A stretch of 63,471 nucleotides of DNA, counting the filler, from Anaerolineae bacterium (GTDB lineage: Bacteria; Chloroflexota; Anaerolineae; Epilineales; Epilineaceae): assembly GCA_029262755.1 (NCBI GenBank). It is 5 parts of 5 records of this genome, joined end to end, with 100 filler letters (N's around TTAATTAATTAA, not from the genome) between each part and the next. Parts side by side here need not be neighbours in the genome. Positions count along the whole stretch, not along the records: positions 1 to 13,476 come from JAJCYU010000192.1; positions 13,577 to 26,273 come from JAJCYU010000193.1; 3 more parts are not named here. One strand, given 5' to 3'. The position numbers and the translations under genes were made by a program. The notes under the pieces are model-generated. The model saw only the letters and a program-made list of their open reading frames with translations, had not been told where the DNA came from and searched no databases. Shown piece after piece: positions 10,907-21,117 of the stretch; position 1 is the stretch's first letter; every line of letters begins with the position of its first letter.

Positions 10907-12432
10907 ACCGCAGACGTTTTCTGCGCGTGACCGCGACCGCGGTAGCCGGCGCTGCGGCCGCCGGCGCGTCAGGCTGCGCGCCGGCGGCGCGCCATCTATC
11001 CGGCGTGCCCCTCCCGCTGGGCGACGGTCCATGGTCCGTCGACGGCGAGCGCGCCTCAGAGCTGGCCGGCCTGCGCCGGCTGAGCACGGGATCGAGCCTC
11101 GCCGAGCGTCGAGTCGTGGCGCGGATCGGCTTGGCCGGCTGGTGCGAGGAGCAGCTCGCCGCCGACCCGGCGGACGATGGCGCGCTCGGCTGGCGCTTGC
11201 GCCGGCTCGACACGCCCTGGCGCGGCGCGGACGAGCTGAGCGGCCGCGAACCGGAACTCGTACGCGAGGAACTGGCCGCGGCTACGTTGTTGCGCCGCGT
11301 CTATGGCGTTCAGCCCGTGGCCGAGCAGATGGTCGAGCAGTGGACGGACCATCTCAACATCAGCGTCGACAAGGGCGAGGTGTGGCGCCTGGCTCCGACC
11401 TGGGACCGGGAGGTGCCACGCACCCATGCCCTCGGCCGCTTCGGCGATCTGCTACGCGCGAGCGTTCGTGCCCCTGCGATGCTGACCTATCTCGACAACC
11501 GCGACAGCTTGCCAGAAGCGCCCAACGAGAACCATGCGCGCGAGCTGCTCGAGCTGCACAGCCTCGGCGTGAACGGCGGCTACGCGCAAGCGGACGTGAG
11601 CGCGTTGGCGCGCGCGTTGACCGGCTGGACCGTACGAGATCGCTTCCGGCCCGACCGCTTTGTGTTCGACGCGGCGCAACACGACGGATCGGCCAAAGTC
11701 ATGCCCGGCCTGGAAGTCGCGATCGACCCGGCCCTTGCGCTCGGCGGCACGGGAGCGGCCGAGGTCGAATCCGTGCTCGCGCGTCTGGCCGATCATCCCG
11801 CCACCGCGCAGCGAGTGGCGCTACGGCTGACGCGTCGCTTCCTGGCCGACGATCCGAGCACCGAGGCTCCGGCGGCCCTCACACGGACCGAGGCCACGTT
11901 CCGCGCGACCCACGGCGATCTGCGAGCGACGCTACGGACGCTCGTCCTGGACGGCATGCTGCCCATGCTCGAACAGCACGGCGCGTTGCCGCCCAAGCTC
12001 AAACGCCCGAGCGATTTCGTCGCATCCGCCCTGCGCGTCACCGGCGCCGAAACCGATGGCGGCGGCCCCGTCCAAGACGCGCTCGCGGCCATGGGCCACG
12101 CGCCCTACCGTTGGCCGACCCCGGACGGGCCACCGGACGTGGCCACACCGTGGTTGGGCGGCTTGCGCGGACGATGGTCCTTCGCCGCCGATCTTGCGTC
12201 AGGCGCACTGCATGGCAGCTCGATCGACGCCGCCGGCCTCGCACGTTCCGCCGAAGCAGGCGACCCGACATCACTCGTCGACCGTTTGGGCGTGCTCATC
12301 CTCGGCGCTCCCCCGTCACCAAGCGAGCGCGCTGCGATCGTCGCCGCGTGGCCCGCGGACGCGGACGACGCGGAGGCGGCGGCCATCACCGTCGCGGCGC
12401 TCCTCTCGATGCCGGCATTCCAATGGCGCTGA
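10903..12432 (+). CDS. DUF1800 family protein with Tat signal
   Basis: NRRRFL twin-arginine motif; PAMLTYLDN, PNENHARELLELHSLG, ALARALTGW, PKLKRP motifs. Confidence 0.9.
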   Translation: MNRRRFLRVTATAVAGAAAAGASGCAPAARHLSGVPLPLGDGPWSVDGERASELAGLRRLSTGSSLAERRVVARIGLAGWCEEQLAADPADDGALGWRLRRLDTPWRGADELSGREPELVREELAAATLLRRVYGVQPVAEQMVEQWTDHLNISVDKGEVWRLAPTWDREVPRTHALGRFGDLLRASVRAPAMLTYLDNRDSLPEAPNENHARELLELHSLGVNGGYAQADVSALARALTGWTVRDRFRPDRFVFDAAQHDGSAKVMPGLEVAIDPALALGGTGAAEVESVLARLADHPATAQRVALRLTRRFLADDPSTEAPAALTRTEATFRATHGDLRATLRTLVLDGMLPMLEQHGALPPKLKRPSDFVASALRVTGAETDGGGPVQDALAAMGHAPYRWPTPDGPPDVATPWLGGLRGRWSFAADLASGALHGSSIDAAGLARSAEAGDPTSLVDRLGVLILGAPPSPSERAAIVAAWPADADDAEAAAITVAALLSMPAFQWR

Positions 12433-13476
12433 ACGAAGCCGCAAGGCGACGGCATCGGGTGTCACCTCCGAGCCCGAAGCGGAGCCGGCGAGCAAGCGGG
12501 GGCGCTCGTCCGACCCGCAAGCCGCGCCGCCGGCGTGGCGCCCGAGCCCTCACACGGCGCGAGCTGCTCTCGCTCGCCAGGCGCGCGCCGGCTGCCACGG
12601 CCAGGGTCGGCGCCGCGTGGCCGGCCGCGCTGCCGCGCATGGCCTTTGCGCCGGCCCACCGCGCGCCCCGTGGCGACGTACTCGTGGTCGTCTTCCTGCG
12701 CGGTGCGGCCGATGCGCTCAACCTCGTCGTGCCCTACGGCGATGACGATTACCACCGGCTGCGCCCCACCCTCGCGATCGCGCGCCCGGACGATCCGCGC
12801 GCGGACCGGGCCCATCGTGCACGGGATCTCGACGGCTTCTTCGGACTTCACCCGGCCCTCGAGCCCTTGCTGCCCGCATGGCAGGACGGCAATCTCGGGC
12901 TCGTCCATGCCTGCGGCGCACCGGACGAATCACGGAGTCACTTTCAGGCGATGGCGCTCATGGAACGCGGCGTGGACGACGAGAGCGGGCCGGCTTCGGG
13001 CTGGATCGGGCGCCACCTCGGCAGCCTCGACACGGGCAACACGTCGCCGCTGCGCGCGATCGGGCTGGGATCGGGCGTGCCGCATAGCTTGCGCGGTCCC
13101 GTGCCCGCCGCGGCGCTGCGCTCGATCGCGGACGCGCATCTGGGGCCGGGCCGCATCGCGACGGCGCTGCGCCGTTCGCTCGACGGCCTCTACGAAGGCA
13201 CGACCGCGTTGGATCGCGCGGGACGCGACACGCTCGATGTGATCGACCGCGTTGCGCGTCTCGATCCCGCGCTCCGGTCGCGTCCCACGACCGGAAGACC
13301 GGCCTACCCGGAGGGCGATTTCGGCAGCGCGCTCGAACAAGTGGCGTTGTTGGTGCAGGCGGACGTCGGGCTGGAGGTGGCCGCGGTGGATCTCGGCGGC
13401 TGGGATACGCACTTCGGCCAGGGCGCAGCGACGGGCCTGATGGCCGCTCGCCTGACGGATCTCGGCCGCGGGCTCG
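12423..13476 (+). CDS. DUF1501 family protein (truncated by contig end)
   Basis: LTRRELL Tat-like motif; VLVVVFLRGAADALN, FGLHPAL, SRSHFQAM, GGWDTH; typical partner of DUF1800. Confidence 0.9.
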
Positions 13477-13576
13477 NNNNNNNNNNNNNNNNNNNNNNNN
13501 NNNNNNNNNNNNNNNNNNNNTTAATTAATTAANNNNNNNNNNNNNNNNNNNNNNNNNNNNNNNNNNNNNNNNNNNN
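13477..13576. other. Artificial contig-join linker
   Basis: N44-TTAATTAATTAA-N44, stops in all six frames. Confidence 0.98.
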
Positions 13577-13779
13577 TCGGCGTGCACGTGTGCGCTGTCC
13601 GATTCACCCACGTCCGCCTCGACGCGAGCGCCGGCCAATTCCGCGCCCAACGCCACCAGGATCGCGGCCTGCGAAGGTGCAGCCGCGGAACGAAGGGTGG
13701 TGAAGGCTTGTTTCAACGGCAGCACGTCCGTCGACGCCGGGGAAGCTTCGGGCGAAGGGTTCGGTTGCTCGGCTGCCAT
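13577..13779 (-). CDS. Hypothetical protein, N-terminal fragment only
   Basis: GGGAG then ATG at 13779 (MAAEQPNPSPE...), open into the gap. Confidence 0.5.
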
Positions 13780-14024
13780 GAGCGGCTCCCTGGATGGGCG
13801 CGAACCGAGGGGGACGGCCGCGTGTGAAGAGCCCGCACGTATGTGCTCGGGACCGGTCGCGAAGGTAGTGCCTCGACCCTTCCGGCGCAAGGGCAGCGGT
13901 GGCAAATCGGACCGGATTGGATCCCACCGTTGGCCACATATCCGCTAGGATCATGGGCCGCACGTGACCGTCCGACGATCATCCACGCGCGCGAGGCTCC
14001 CATAGCCGACGCGTAGGAGCCATC

Positions 14025-14546
14025 GTGAGCTATCCGCAAACGGCTGCATCCCAGCCGACAAGCGCCACCGGCCCTGCCCGCGCGGCCGTCGGCGACGTGG
14101 TCGAGCGCCTGGACACCGTGGATGCGATCGTGACGCGCTACGCCGTGATGAGCAGCCCGCTACGCCGGCGCCTGTACATCGGGCTCGGCGGCTTGTTTGT
14201 GCTCTTCGCCTTGATCGGCGTTTGGGTGCCCGGCTGGCCGACCGTCTCCTGGGCCGTGCCCGCCGCGTTCCTGTTTTCGATGTCGAGCGAGCGCCTGTTT
14301 CGGTGGTGCCTGACCAACCGCTTCTTCGGCGCCGCGCTCTTCGACTACTACGCGACGGGGCGTAGCCTCCCCCGGCACGTGAAGGGCATCATCCAGGCGA
14401 TCATCGCGCTCAGCTCCGGCCTATCGGCCTGGTTCGTGTTCCGCGTGTCATACCCCACCGACCCCGGATTCGGCCCCGCCACCATCGTGCTCGTCGGGCT
14501 GGTCGGCATCGCCTACGTCGGCACGCGCGTGCGCACGCGCGGCTAG
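14025..14546 (+). CDS. YbaN/DUF454 family membrane protein
   Basis: LIGVWVPGWPTVSWAVPAAFLFSMSSERL...NRFFG resembles the DUF454 GxxxPxxPT motif; AGGAG RBS. Confidence 0.8.
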   Translation: MSYPQTAASQPTSATGPARAAVGDVVERLDTVDAIVTRYAVMSSPLRRRLYIGLGGLFVLFALIGVWVPGWPTVSWAVPAAFLFSMSSERLFRWCLTNRFFGAALFDYYATGRSLPRHVKGIIQAIIALSSGLSAWFVFRVSYPTDPGFGPATIVLVGLVGIAYVGTRVRTRG

Positions 14547-14613
14547 CGCTAGCGGGTAGGCCCGGCCGGCCCGCGTTCGCGGTCGTGAGCTACGTTCAAC
14601 AGGCTGTCCACCC

Positions 14614-15030
14614 CTAAGGGTTCGTGGCCCTCATGTGCTCTACGGACGCCGTGACGAGCTCGCGCAACACATCACGATCGATGTCGTCGAGCCGCTTGAT
14701 GTACAGGCAGGACTTCCCGGTCTTGAATTTGCCCAGGCGCGCCATCAAGTCCTCGTAGCCGTCGAATCCGGCCATGATGTAGAGCGTCAGCTCCCGCTTG
14801 CGCGGCGCGAAGCCCGCCAACATCCAGTCTCCTTCGCGTCCGCTTTCGTAGCGGTAGTGGTAGGAGCCGAAACCGAGGATGCTCGGCCCCCAGAGTACGG
14901 CCGGCTCTCCGGTTACGTCCTCCATCAGAGACGAGATCTCGCGACAATCCGCCTGCTTGCGTTCGTCCTCAATGGCCGCAAGGAAGGCCTCCACATCGGC
15001 GCCGGTCGGTTTGGTTTTCAGGTCGGACAT
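14614..15030 (-). CDS. DUF1801 domain-containing protein
   Basis: WGPSILGFGSYHYRYESGREGDW, LGKFKTGKSCLYIKRL. Confidence 0.9.
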   Translation of the reverse strand: MSDLKTKPTGADVEAFLAAIEDERKQADCREISSLMEDVTGEPAVLWGPSILGFGSYHYRYESGREGDWMLAGFAPRKRELTLYIMAGFDGYEDLMARLGKFKTGKSCLYIKRLDDIDRDVLRELVTASVEHMRATNP

Positions 15031-15073
15031 GTCGGCGTTCTCCTGTGGATGATCGCAGGGCGAGACCCCGTCG

Positions 15074-16918
15074 CTACGTGGGTTGCGGGTCGGCGCGTCG
15101 TGACTCCGGCGGCTGGTAATCCGGAGACTGGTGGCGGAAGTACGTGTCGTAGAGTTCGGCATAATGGCCGCCACCGGCCATCAGCTGCTCGTGATCGCCC
15201 GTCTCGATGATGCGGCCGTCCGACACGACCAGGATCCGATCGGCGGCGCGCACGGTCGACAAGCGGTGGGCGATCACCACCGAGGTGCTCTCGCCCAAGA
15301 TCAGCTCGAGCGCCTCTTGGATCTGCGCTTCCGTGAACGGGTCGATCGACGCGGTCGCTTCGTCCAGGATAAAGATCGCGGGCTTTTGGACCAGCACGCG
15401 CATCAACGCCACGAGCTGTCGTTGGCCCATCGACAGGTCTCGGCCGCGTTCCCCGACGTCCGTGGCTATGCCGTCCGGCAGGGCGGCCAGCCATTCGCCG
15501 TCGCCGATGCGCCGCGCAACGGCGTAGATTTCCTCATCCGTTGCTTCGGGACGCGCATAGCGGATGTTCTCGGCGACCGTGCCGCTGAAGAGAAAAGGCG
15601 CTTGCGGCACAATGCCGAGCTTGCGCCGATAGTCACCGAGATCGAAGGTTCGAATGTCGTGCCCGTCCACCAGAATTCGGCCGGCTTGAAACTCGTAGAA
15701 GCGTGTCAGCAGGCGGGCGATGGATGACTTGCCCGCCCCCGTGTGCCCCACGAGCGCCACGCTCGTGCCGGCCGGCACATCCATGTTGAAGTCAGGCAAG
15801 ATCGGCTGATCGGCATCGTAGCCGAAGCGGAGCCCTTCGATCTCGATGTGGCCACGCAGCGGCGGCACGGGGTCGGTCGCACGCTGCACGACCGTCGGCT
15901 CTGCGTCGATCAGGGCGTAGATGCGCTCGATCGCCGCGAAGCCGACCTGGACCTGGCTCCAGAAGGCGGTGAGGTTCATCAAGGGGAACCAGAAGCGGTC
16001 GATGCCCTGCGTGAACAAGAACCAGGACGCCACGGTGATGGCGCCCGCGGCCACGGACTGCGCGCCCTGGTAGACGATGAGGCCTGTGCCGAGGCCGATC
16101 ACGATGTTCAGCACAGGGAACACCATCGAAAGCGTGAGGCCGCGCAGCAGGTTGATCCGATACGAGGCTCGGTTTACGGCCGCGAATTCCTCGTAGATCA
16201 CCGCCTCCTGCCGGTAGTTCTTGGCCACGGAGATCCCGGCAACGGTCTCTTGGATCTTGGCGTTCACATCCGCGCTGACGCGCGCCGCCTGGCGCGTGAC
16301 CTTGCGCGCGAGAATGCGGAACGCGAAGGCAAACACCAGGATCAAGGGCGCCATGGCCAGCACGAGCAAGGTCAGGCGGCCGGAGATGCCGACGAGCACG
16401 GCGGTGATGATCGCGACCTCGACGACCTGGGCCACGAGATCGGCCACCAACGTTATCGACTGGCCAAAGTCGTTCGTATCCGTCGTGATGCGGCTGATGA
16501 CGCGGCCGCGCGCGATACGGTCGTAGAAGGCCATATCGTGGCCGACGGCCGACTTGAAGGCATCTCGCCGCAGCGCGTAGATCACGTCCCCGATGAGGCG
16601 CGAGGTCGCCCTACGGCGAAGGAAGTTGCCGATCCAAACCAGGATCCATGCGGTGAAGAGGCCCGCGAGAAGCAACCACGGAAGCCGTGGAAGCCCGCCC
16701 GTGACCGGGGGCGCCAGGCGCAGCGCCTCGAGACGCCCAATTCCTGCCGCGAGCATGAGGGGAACGCCGGCCAGGAGAGCAGACACCGTCGCAACGCTGC
16801 CCACGATGAGCGCGACCCGGCCGCGGTACGGCGCGACGTAGCGTCCGACGCGGCGCAACAGGTCACGGTCCCGGTACTGCCGGTCGTAGGACTCGACGTC
16901 CAGGTTGTTGAAAATCAT
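15074..16918 (-). CDS. ABC exporter, fused permease/ATPase (heterodimer subunit)
   Basis: Transmembrane domain plus GHTGAGKS, degenerate signature LSMGQ, consensus LDEAT; ATGA overlap with the upstream gene. Confidence 0.95.
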   Translation of the reverse strand: MIFNNLDVESYDRQYRDRDLLRRVGRYVAPYRGRVALIVGSVATVSALLAGVPLMLAAGIGRLEALRLAPPVTGGLPRLPWLLLAGLFTAWILVWIGNFLRRRATSRLIGDVIYALRRDAFKSAVGHDMAFYDRIARGRVISRITTDTNDFGQSITLVADLVAQVVEVAIITAVLVGISGRLTLLVLAMAPLILVFAFAFRILARKVTRQAARVSADVNAKIQETVAGISVAKNYRQEAVIYEEFAAVNRASYRINLLRGLTLSMVFPVLNIVIGLGTGLIVYQGAQSVAAGAITVASWFLFTQGIDRFWFPLMNLTAFWSQVQVGFAAIERIYALIDAEPTVVQRATDPVPPLRGHIEIEGLRFGYDADQPILPDFNMDVPAGTSVALVGHTGAGKSSIARLLTRFYEFQAGRILVDGHDIRTFDLGDYRRKLGIVPQAPFLFSGTVAENIRYARPEATDEEIYAVARRIGDGEWLAALPDGIATDVGERGRDLSMGQRQLVALMRVLVQKPAIFILDEATASIDPFTEAQIQEALELILGESTSVVIAHRLSTVRAADRILVVSDGRIIETGDHEQLMAGGGHYAELYDTYFRHQSPDYQPPESRRADPQPT

Positions 16919-18753
16919 GCGGCACCATCGCCGGAAGCGCCTCCCCAGTGGGCGAAGAGCCGACGGTAGGCCTTGCATGTTGCCAGCAACTCGTCGTGTG
17001 TACCGCTTGCCTCGACGGTGCCGCCCCGAAGGACGACAACGAGGTCGGCCCAGCGGATCTGCGAGAGCCGGTGGGTGATGAGGATCGTCGTGCGTCCCGC
17101 CGCCGCGCGTCCGATCGCGCGCTGGATGCGGTCTTCCGTGGCGCTGTCGATCGCGCTCGTGGAGTCGTCCAAGATCAAGATCCGTGGCTCCGATAACAGC
17201 GCACGCGCGATCGCGAGGCGCTGCCGCTGGCCGCCGGAGAGCGTCACGCCGCGCTCTCCGATTACGGTCTCATAGCCCTCCGGCAGCGCGGCGATAAACT
17301 CATGCGCCTGCGCCTCGCGCGCCGCGGTCTCGATCTCGGCCGGGGTCGCGTCGCTGCGCCCGAAGGCGATGTTGTCCGCAATGGAGCGCGAGAAGAGGAA
17401 GGGGTCCTGCTCGATCACCGCGATCTGCCGGCGAAGGCTGGCGAGATCCCACGCGCGCACATCCACACCGTCCACCAGCACGGCGCCATCGTCAACGTCA
17501 TAGGTTCGGTTGATCAGCCGCGTGAGCGTGGTCTTGCCGCTGCCGGTCTGCCCGACGATCGCCACCGTCTGCCCGGCCGCCACCGAGACGCTCACGTCAC
17601 GCAGGATCGGCTGATCGGGCCGATAGCCGAAGCGCAGGTTCTCGAAGCGAAGCTCCCCGTTCATGGGAGCCGCATATCCGCCCCGATTCTCATCGAGGGC
17701 CGTCTCGCGGTTCACCAGCTCCAAGATCCTGCGGGCGCTGGCCATGCCGAGCGAGACCTGCGCGTAGGAGAAGAGCGAAACGAAGGTCGGGAATCCGAAG
17801 AGCCCGAGCAGGCCCATGTACGCGACGACATCGCCGACCTCCAACGCGCTTCCCGGCGCGGCATAGAGCCAGCTCGCATGGGCGAATCCTGCGCTCGAGG
17901 CGAGCCCGAGGAGCAGCAATGGCAGGAAGCGCGCCTCGCGCTCGCCTTGCTCCTTGTAGGCATCGCGGTACGCCGCGGCACGGACGGCGAAGCGCTCCGT
18001 CTCGCGATCCTCCTGGGCGGCGCTCTTGACCACCTCGACGCCTTCGATCGCCTCGGCGAGGTGCGCGTTGAGTTCGCCGAAGGAGCCACGCACCGCGCGC
18101 GTCACGGGCGCGAGGCTCTGCAGGTAGTGCCGCAGCGCGAAGCCGTAGGCGACGATGAAACTGAGCGGCACGACGACCAGACGCGGATCGATGCGCCAGG
18201 AGAAGAAAACCGGGGCGACGAGAAAAAAGGCCGAACCGATGACGAGGTTGAGGCCGGGGTTGAACATCAAGTTCAGCTCGCGCACGTCGTTGGTGGCGCG
18301 CGCCATCGTGTCTCCCACCGGCTGGCGACCGTGAAAGGTCATCGATTTTCCGAGCAGGCTGCCGTAGAGCTCGTCGCGTACGTCGCGCTCCATACGCTGG
18401 CCGAAGACCTCGCTGCCGGCGTTGCGGGCCAACTGCAGTCCAGCGCGCACCAACTGCGACCAAAAGATCAGCCACGCGATGTCCGCCACGGCGCCCAAAT
18501 CCACGATTCCGTTCGCGGCGACGCCCTCTCCTACGGTATCGAAGGCCCGCCCGACCAACACGGGCACCATCCCTGCCAACGCCGCATTGCCCGCGGCACC
18601 GAGCAGGACAACGGGGATCAGCCAGCCTTGGCGCAGCACATGAGACAGGACCCAGCGACCGGCGCTTGCGCGGTTGGTACGGTAGGGCCGGTCGAGGACG
18701 AATTCAGCGTGGGTCAAGGCCAATATCCAATGGGGGGAGCGCGAGAACGGCAA
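16915..18753 (-). CDS. ABC exporter, fused permease/ATPase (heterodimer subunit)
   Basis: [13 protein letters not shown], Walker B LDDS (Asp in place of the catalytic Glu); start codon uncertain. Confidence 0.95.
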   Translation of the reverse strand: MPFSRSPHWILALTHAEFVLDRPYRTNRASAGRWVLSHVLRQGWLIPVVLLGAAGNAALAGMVPVLVGRAFDTVGEGVAANGIVDLGAVADIAWLIFWSQLVRAGLQLARNAGSEVFGQRMERDVRDELYGSLLGKSMTFHGRQPVGDTMARATNDVRELNLMFNPGLNLVIGSAFFLVAPVFFSWRIDPRLVVVPLSFIVAYGFALRHYLQSLAPVTRAVRGSFGELNAHLAEAIEGVEVVKSAAQEDRETERFAVRAAAYRDAYKEQGEREARFLPLLLLGLASSAGFAHASWLYAAPGSALEVGDVVAYMGLLGLFGFPTFVSLFSYAQVSLGMASARRILELVNRETALDENRGGYAAPMNGELRFENLRFGYRPDQPILRDVSVSVAAGQTVAIVGQTGSGKTTLTRLINRTYDVDDGAVLVDGVDVRAWDLASLRRQIAVIEQDPFLFSRSIADNIAFGRSDATPAEIETAAREAQAHEFIAALPEGYETVIGERGVTLSGGQRQRLAIARALLSEPRILILDDSTSAIDSATEDRIQRAIGRAAAGRTTILITHRLSQIRWADLVVVLRGGTVEASGTHDELLATCKAYRRLFAHWGGASGDGAA

Positions 18754-18833
18754 CCCTACATGCCTCCCTCAGGAGCGCCAATCCTACGTGAGGTGCCGGG
18801 GAACGCTTCGGGCGAAGGACCCCGTTGCACAAA

Positions 18834-18871
18834 CGCACGAAGGGGCCGCGGGTTCACGGCCCCTTCGTGCG
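18834..18871 (-). terminator. Intrinsic terminator downstream of tRNA-Sec
   Basis: Perfect 15-bp inverted repeat CGCACGAAGGGGCCG/CGGCCCCTTCGTGCG followed by TTTGT on the minus strand. Confidence 0.75.
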
Positions 18872-18878
18872 ATCTAGG

Positions 18879-18973
18879 CGGGGATGCATGGGAGTCGAAC
18901 CCACCAGCGCCGGCTAACGCCACCGCTCACCGATTTTGAAGACCGGGGAGGCCACCGGGCCCCATCCATCCCC
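18879..18973 (-). tRNA. selC: tRNA-Sec (anticodon UCA)
   Basis: 95 nt. GGGGATG/CATCCCC acceptor stem, 6-bp D stem with 4-nt loop, anticodon loop CTTCAAA, long variable arm, GTGGG-TTCGACT-CCCAT T arm, G discriminator. CCA not fully encoded. Confidence 0.95.
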
Positions 18974-19024
18974 TCGCGATTCTTCGATTCAGCCGCAACA
19001 GTAGCAGGGCCACGCAGTCATCAA

Positions 19025-19078
19025 TCACCGATTTTGAAGACCGGGGAGGCCACCGGGCCCCATCCATCCCCTCGCGAT
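19025..19078 (-). repeat. Exact 54-bp copy of the selC leader and 5' half (tRNA fragment)
   Basis: Identical to 18927-18980. Confidence 0.9.
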
Positions 19079-19130
19079 GTACTTTCCGGCTCCCTCGAAT
19101 ACTTCAAAGCGACCGGGTGCGTTTCATCAA

Positions 19131-20024
19131 CTACCGAGCCGCCGCCGCATCGGCCAACAGCCGATCGACCGTGCTATCCAACTCCGAGGCTTCACGATAG
19201 GCGCCGCGCTTGATGGAGGCCACTCGCCCGTCCGCCCCGATAAAGTATGTCGTGGGGAATGTCTTGATTCGGTAGATGTCGGCCGTGTCTCCCATCTCGT
19301 CGAGCAATACCGGCATCGTCATCCCCATTTCGACGACCCACGGCAGCACTTCGTCGTAGGATTCTTGCACGTCCACGGCCAACACGACGAGCCCGTCGGC
19401 CGCGTGCCGGTCGGCGATCGCCTGCAGAAAGGGCATCTCAACGCGACAGGGCACACACCAGGTTGCCCAGAAATTCACCACGACCGGCTGGCCGAGGAAG
19501 TCGGAGAGCGCAACCGGCTGCTCGTCGTCCAGTGAGCGCAACCGGAAGTCGGGTGCAGGCTCGCCGAGGCTCGCCGCGTCTCGTCGCACCAAGCCCGTCG
19601 AGAGCCCGCCGCTGTCGGTTCGCGTCCCGTTGGCCGCGCCGGCCGTCGCGCGCGCCACGACCGCGGCGGCCGTCGCGGCTTTGGCGTCCTCCGGTGCTGC
19701 CGCGTTCGTAGAATCGTTCTTCACGCCTTCCGATTGCGACGAGCCCAACCGGTCGAGACCCGCCGCCGAACCGTCGGCGCCGCGGCCGAGCAGGTATCCG
19801 CCGCCCAAGGCCAGCGCGACCACGAGGATCGCGGAGGCGAGCGCCGCGCGCAGCGTGGGACCACGCTGCGGGCTTGGGGCGGAGGAGGACGCATCGGCCG
19901 GAGCCGCCTCGGTGTCGGACACAGGTCCGACGTCGGCTGTGTCGGCCGGCTCGGCCACGTGCCGCCTGCCGTCGGCCACGCCCTCGTCGGCCACGCCCTC
20001 GTCGGGCTGCGCGACGTCGCTCAC
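19131..20024 (-). CDS. TlpA/ResA family membrane-anchored thiol-disulfide reductase
   Basis: Transmembrane anchor, APDFRL, VVVNFWATWCVPCRVEMP, FPTTYFIG; GTG start overlaps the upstream stop (GTGA). Confidence 0.9.
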   Translation of the reverse strand: MSDVAQPDEGVADEGVADGRRHVAEPADTADVGPVSDTEAAPADASSSAPSPQRGPTLRAALASAILVVALALGGGYLLGRGADGSAAGLDRLGSSQSEGVKNDSTNAAAPEDAKAATAAAVVARATAGAANGTRTDSGGLSTGLVRRDAASLGEPAPDFRLRSLDDEQPVALSDFLGQPVVVNFWATWCVPCRVEMPFLQAIADRHAADGLVVLAVDVQESYDEVLPWVVEMGMTMPVLLDEMGDTADIYRIKTFPTTYFIGADGRVASIKRGAYREASELDSTVDRLLADAAAAR

Positions 20025-20884
20025 GGAGCTGCGCCCGGTAGCGAATCCGGGTCGTAGAATTGGATGCGGATCGAGCTCGTCGCCCATTGGTTGTCGATCC
20101 ACTCGCGCACCACCTGGTCACGCTCCTCCTGCGGCCGACCATCCATGAGCTCCGACTGCACGAAGAAATCGAGCAGCTGGGTGCGCCGCAGGAAGTCCAT
20201 CAGGTGCGCGATCCCAACTCCGTTGGCGGCGAGCATATCGTCGAGCTGACGGCGATCAGCGCCGACCTTTCCCAAGAAATCGGCGAGCAACTCTTCGTTT
20301 GGGATCACGGGCATCTCAGCGGCCGTGCCGGCCGCTTCCGCAGCCTGCTCCATCAACATGACGTCGACTTGGCGCCGGAGAAGGTTGACTTGGAACAGGG
20401 CCATGCCGGGCCCGTCGTCATACGACGGAACAGGGTCACCCGCGAGCAGGCCCATCGCGCGCGATAGCCGCGCCGCTTCCTCGAGTTGGGCCATCGAGAA
20501 CGCGCGCACGCCCACCGAAGCGATCGTGGCGTCTCGGGGGAAGTCCGGATTGATCGGTGGCAGCTGGGCGGCGGTCAGATAGGCGTCGGCCGGCGGCGCG
20601 TTGCCGGCCAGCTCGGCTACGTTGCCGACATCGACCACCGCCGGAACCGATGGAGCGTTGGGATCCGCTGCGGACGGCACCGGTGCGCCGTAGCGGCTGA
20701 CCAACCATGAGGCCAAGCCCGCCAAGATCAGCAGCGCGCTGAAGGCTCCGGCAATTATCGCTAGCAGTCCGCTGTCGCGGCGTGATTCGGCGCTACGTCG
20801 CGGTGCCGGGCGCGACGAACGCGCGGCCGGCGTATCGACGGCGTCCAACTGTTTTTCCCGCACCTCGACCTTGAACAGCGGCAT
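20021..20884 (-). CDS. Membrane-anchored protein with SurA N-terminal-like helical domain
   Basis: Single transmembrane helix then IASVGVRAFS...LLRRQVDVMLMEQAAEAAG; resemblance only. Confidence 0.6.
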   Translation of the reverse strand: MPLFKVEVREKQLDAVDTPAARSSRPAPRRSAESRRDSGLLAIIAGAFSALLILAGLASWLVSRYGAPVPSAADPNAPSVPAVVDVGNVAELAGNAPPADAYLTAAQLPPINPDFPRDATIASVGVRAFSMAQLEEAARLSRAMGLLAGDPVPSYDDGPGMALFQVNLLRRQVDVMLMEQAAEAAGTAAEMPVIPNEELLADFLGKVGADRRQLDDMLAANGVGIAHLMDFLRRTQLLDFFVQSELMDGRPQEERDQVVREWIDNQWATSSIRIQFYDPDSLPGAAP

Positions 20885-21012
20885 GGCTTTGACTCCGCGT
20901 ACGTGTACGGATGGGCTGCTCGGCAGATTAATCCCGAGGCCGGCTGGACTGCCCATTGCGGCGCCCGTGCGCCGGAAGGCAAGGATAGTCGGGCCCGTTG
21001 GCCCTACAAAGG

Positions 21013-21047
21013 CAGGGGACCGGAGGCGCATGGCCTCCGGTCCCCTG
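21013..21047 (-). terminator. Intrinsic terminator of the double-VWA gene
   Basis: Perfect 15-bp inverted repeat CAGGGGACCGGAGGC/GCCTCCGGTCCCCTG followed by CCTTTGT on the minus strand. Confidence 0.75.
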
Positions 21048-21117
21048 TTCGTCCCTGGTGCTACTCAGCCCCCGCGCGCGTCAACCATCCGGCGTGGGGC
21101 TCACACCATGGCTCTGG

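Noticed and set aside
11031..12422. Apparent 833-aa DUF1501 ORF
   Set aside because: The N-terminal part is an off-frame shadow of DUF1800; the plausible start is 12423.
16915..18753. Walker B Asp substitution suggesting an inactive ABC transporter
   Set aside because: This is the normal degenerate site of heterodimeric ABC exporters, matched by the partner's altered signature.
18927..19078. Repeat-spacer-repeat resembling a mini CRISPR or prophage att pair
   Set aside because: Only two copies, the repeat is tRNA sequence, and there is no cas or integrase gene nearby.
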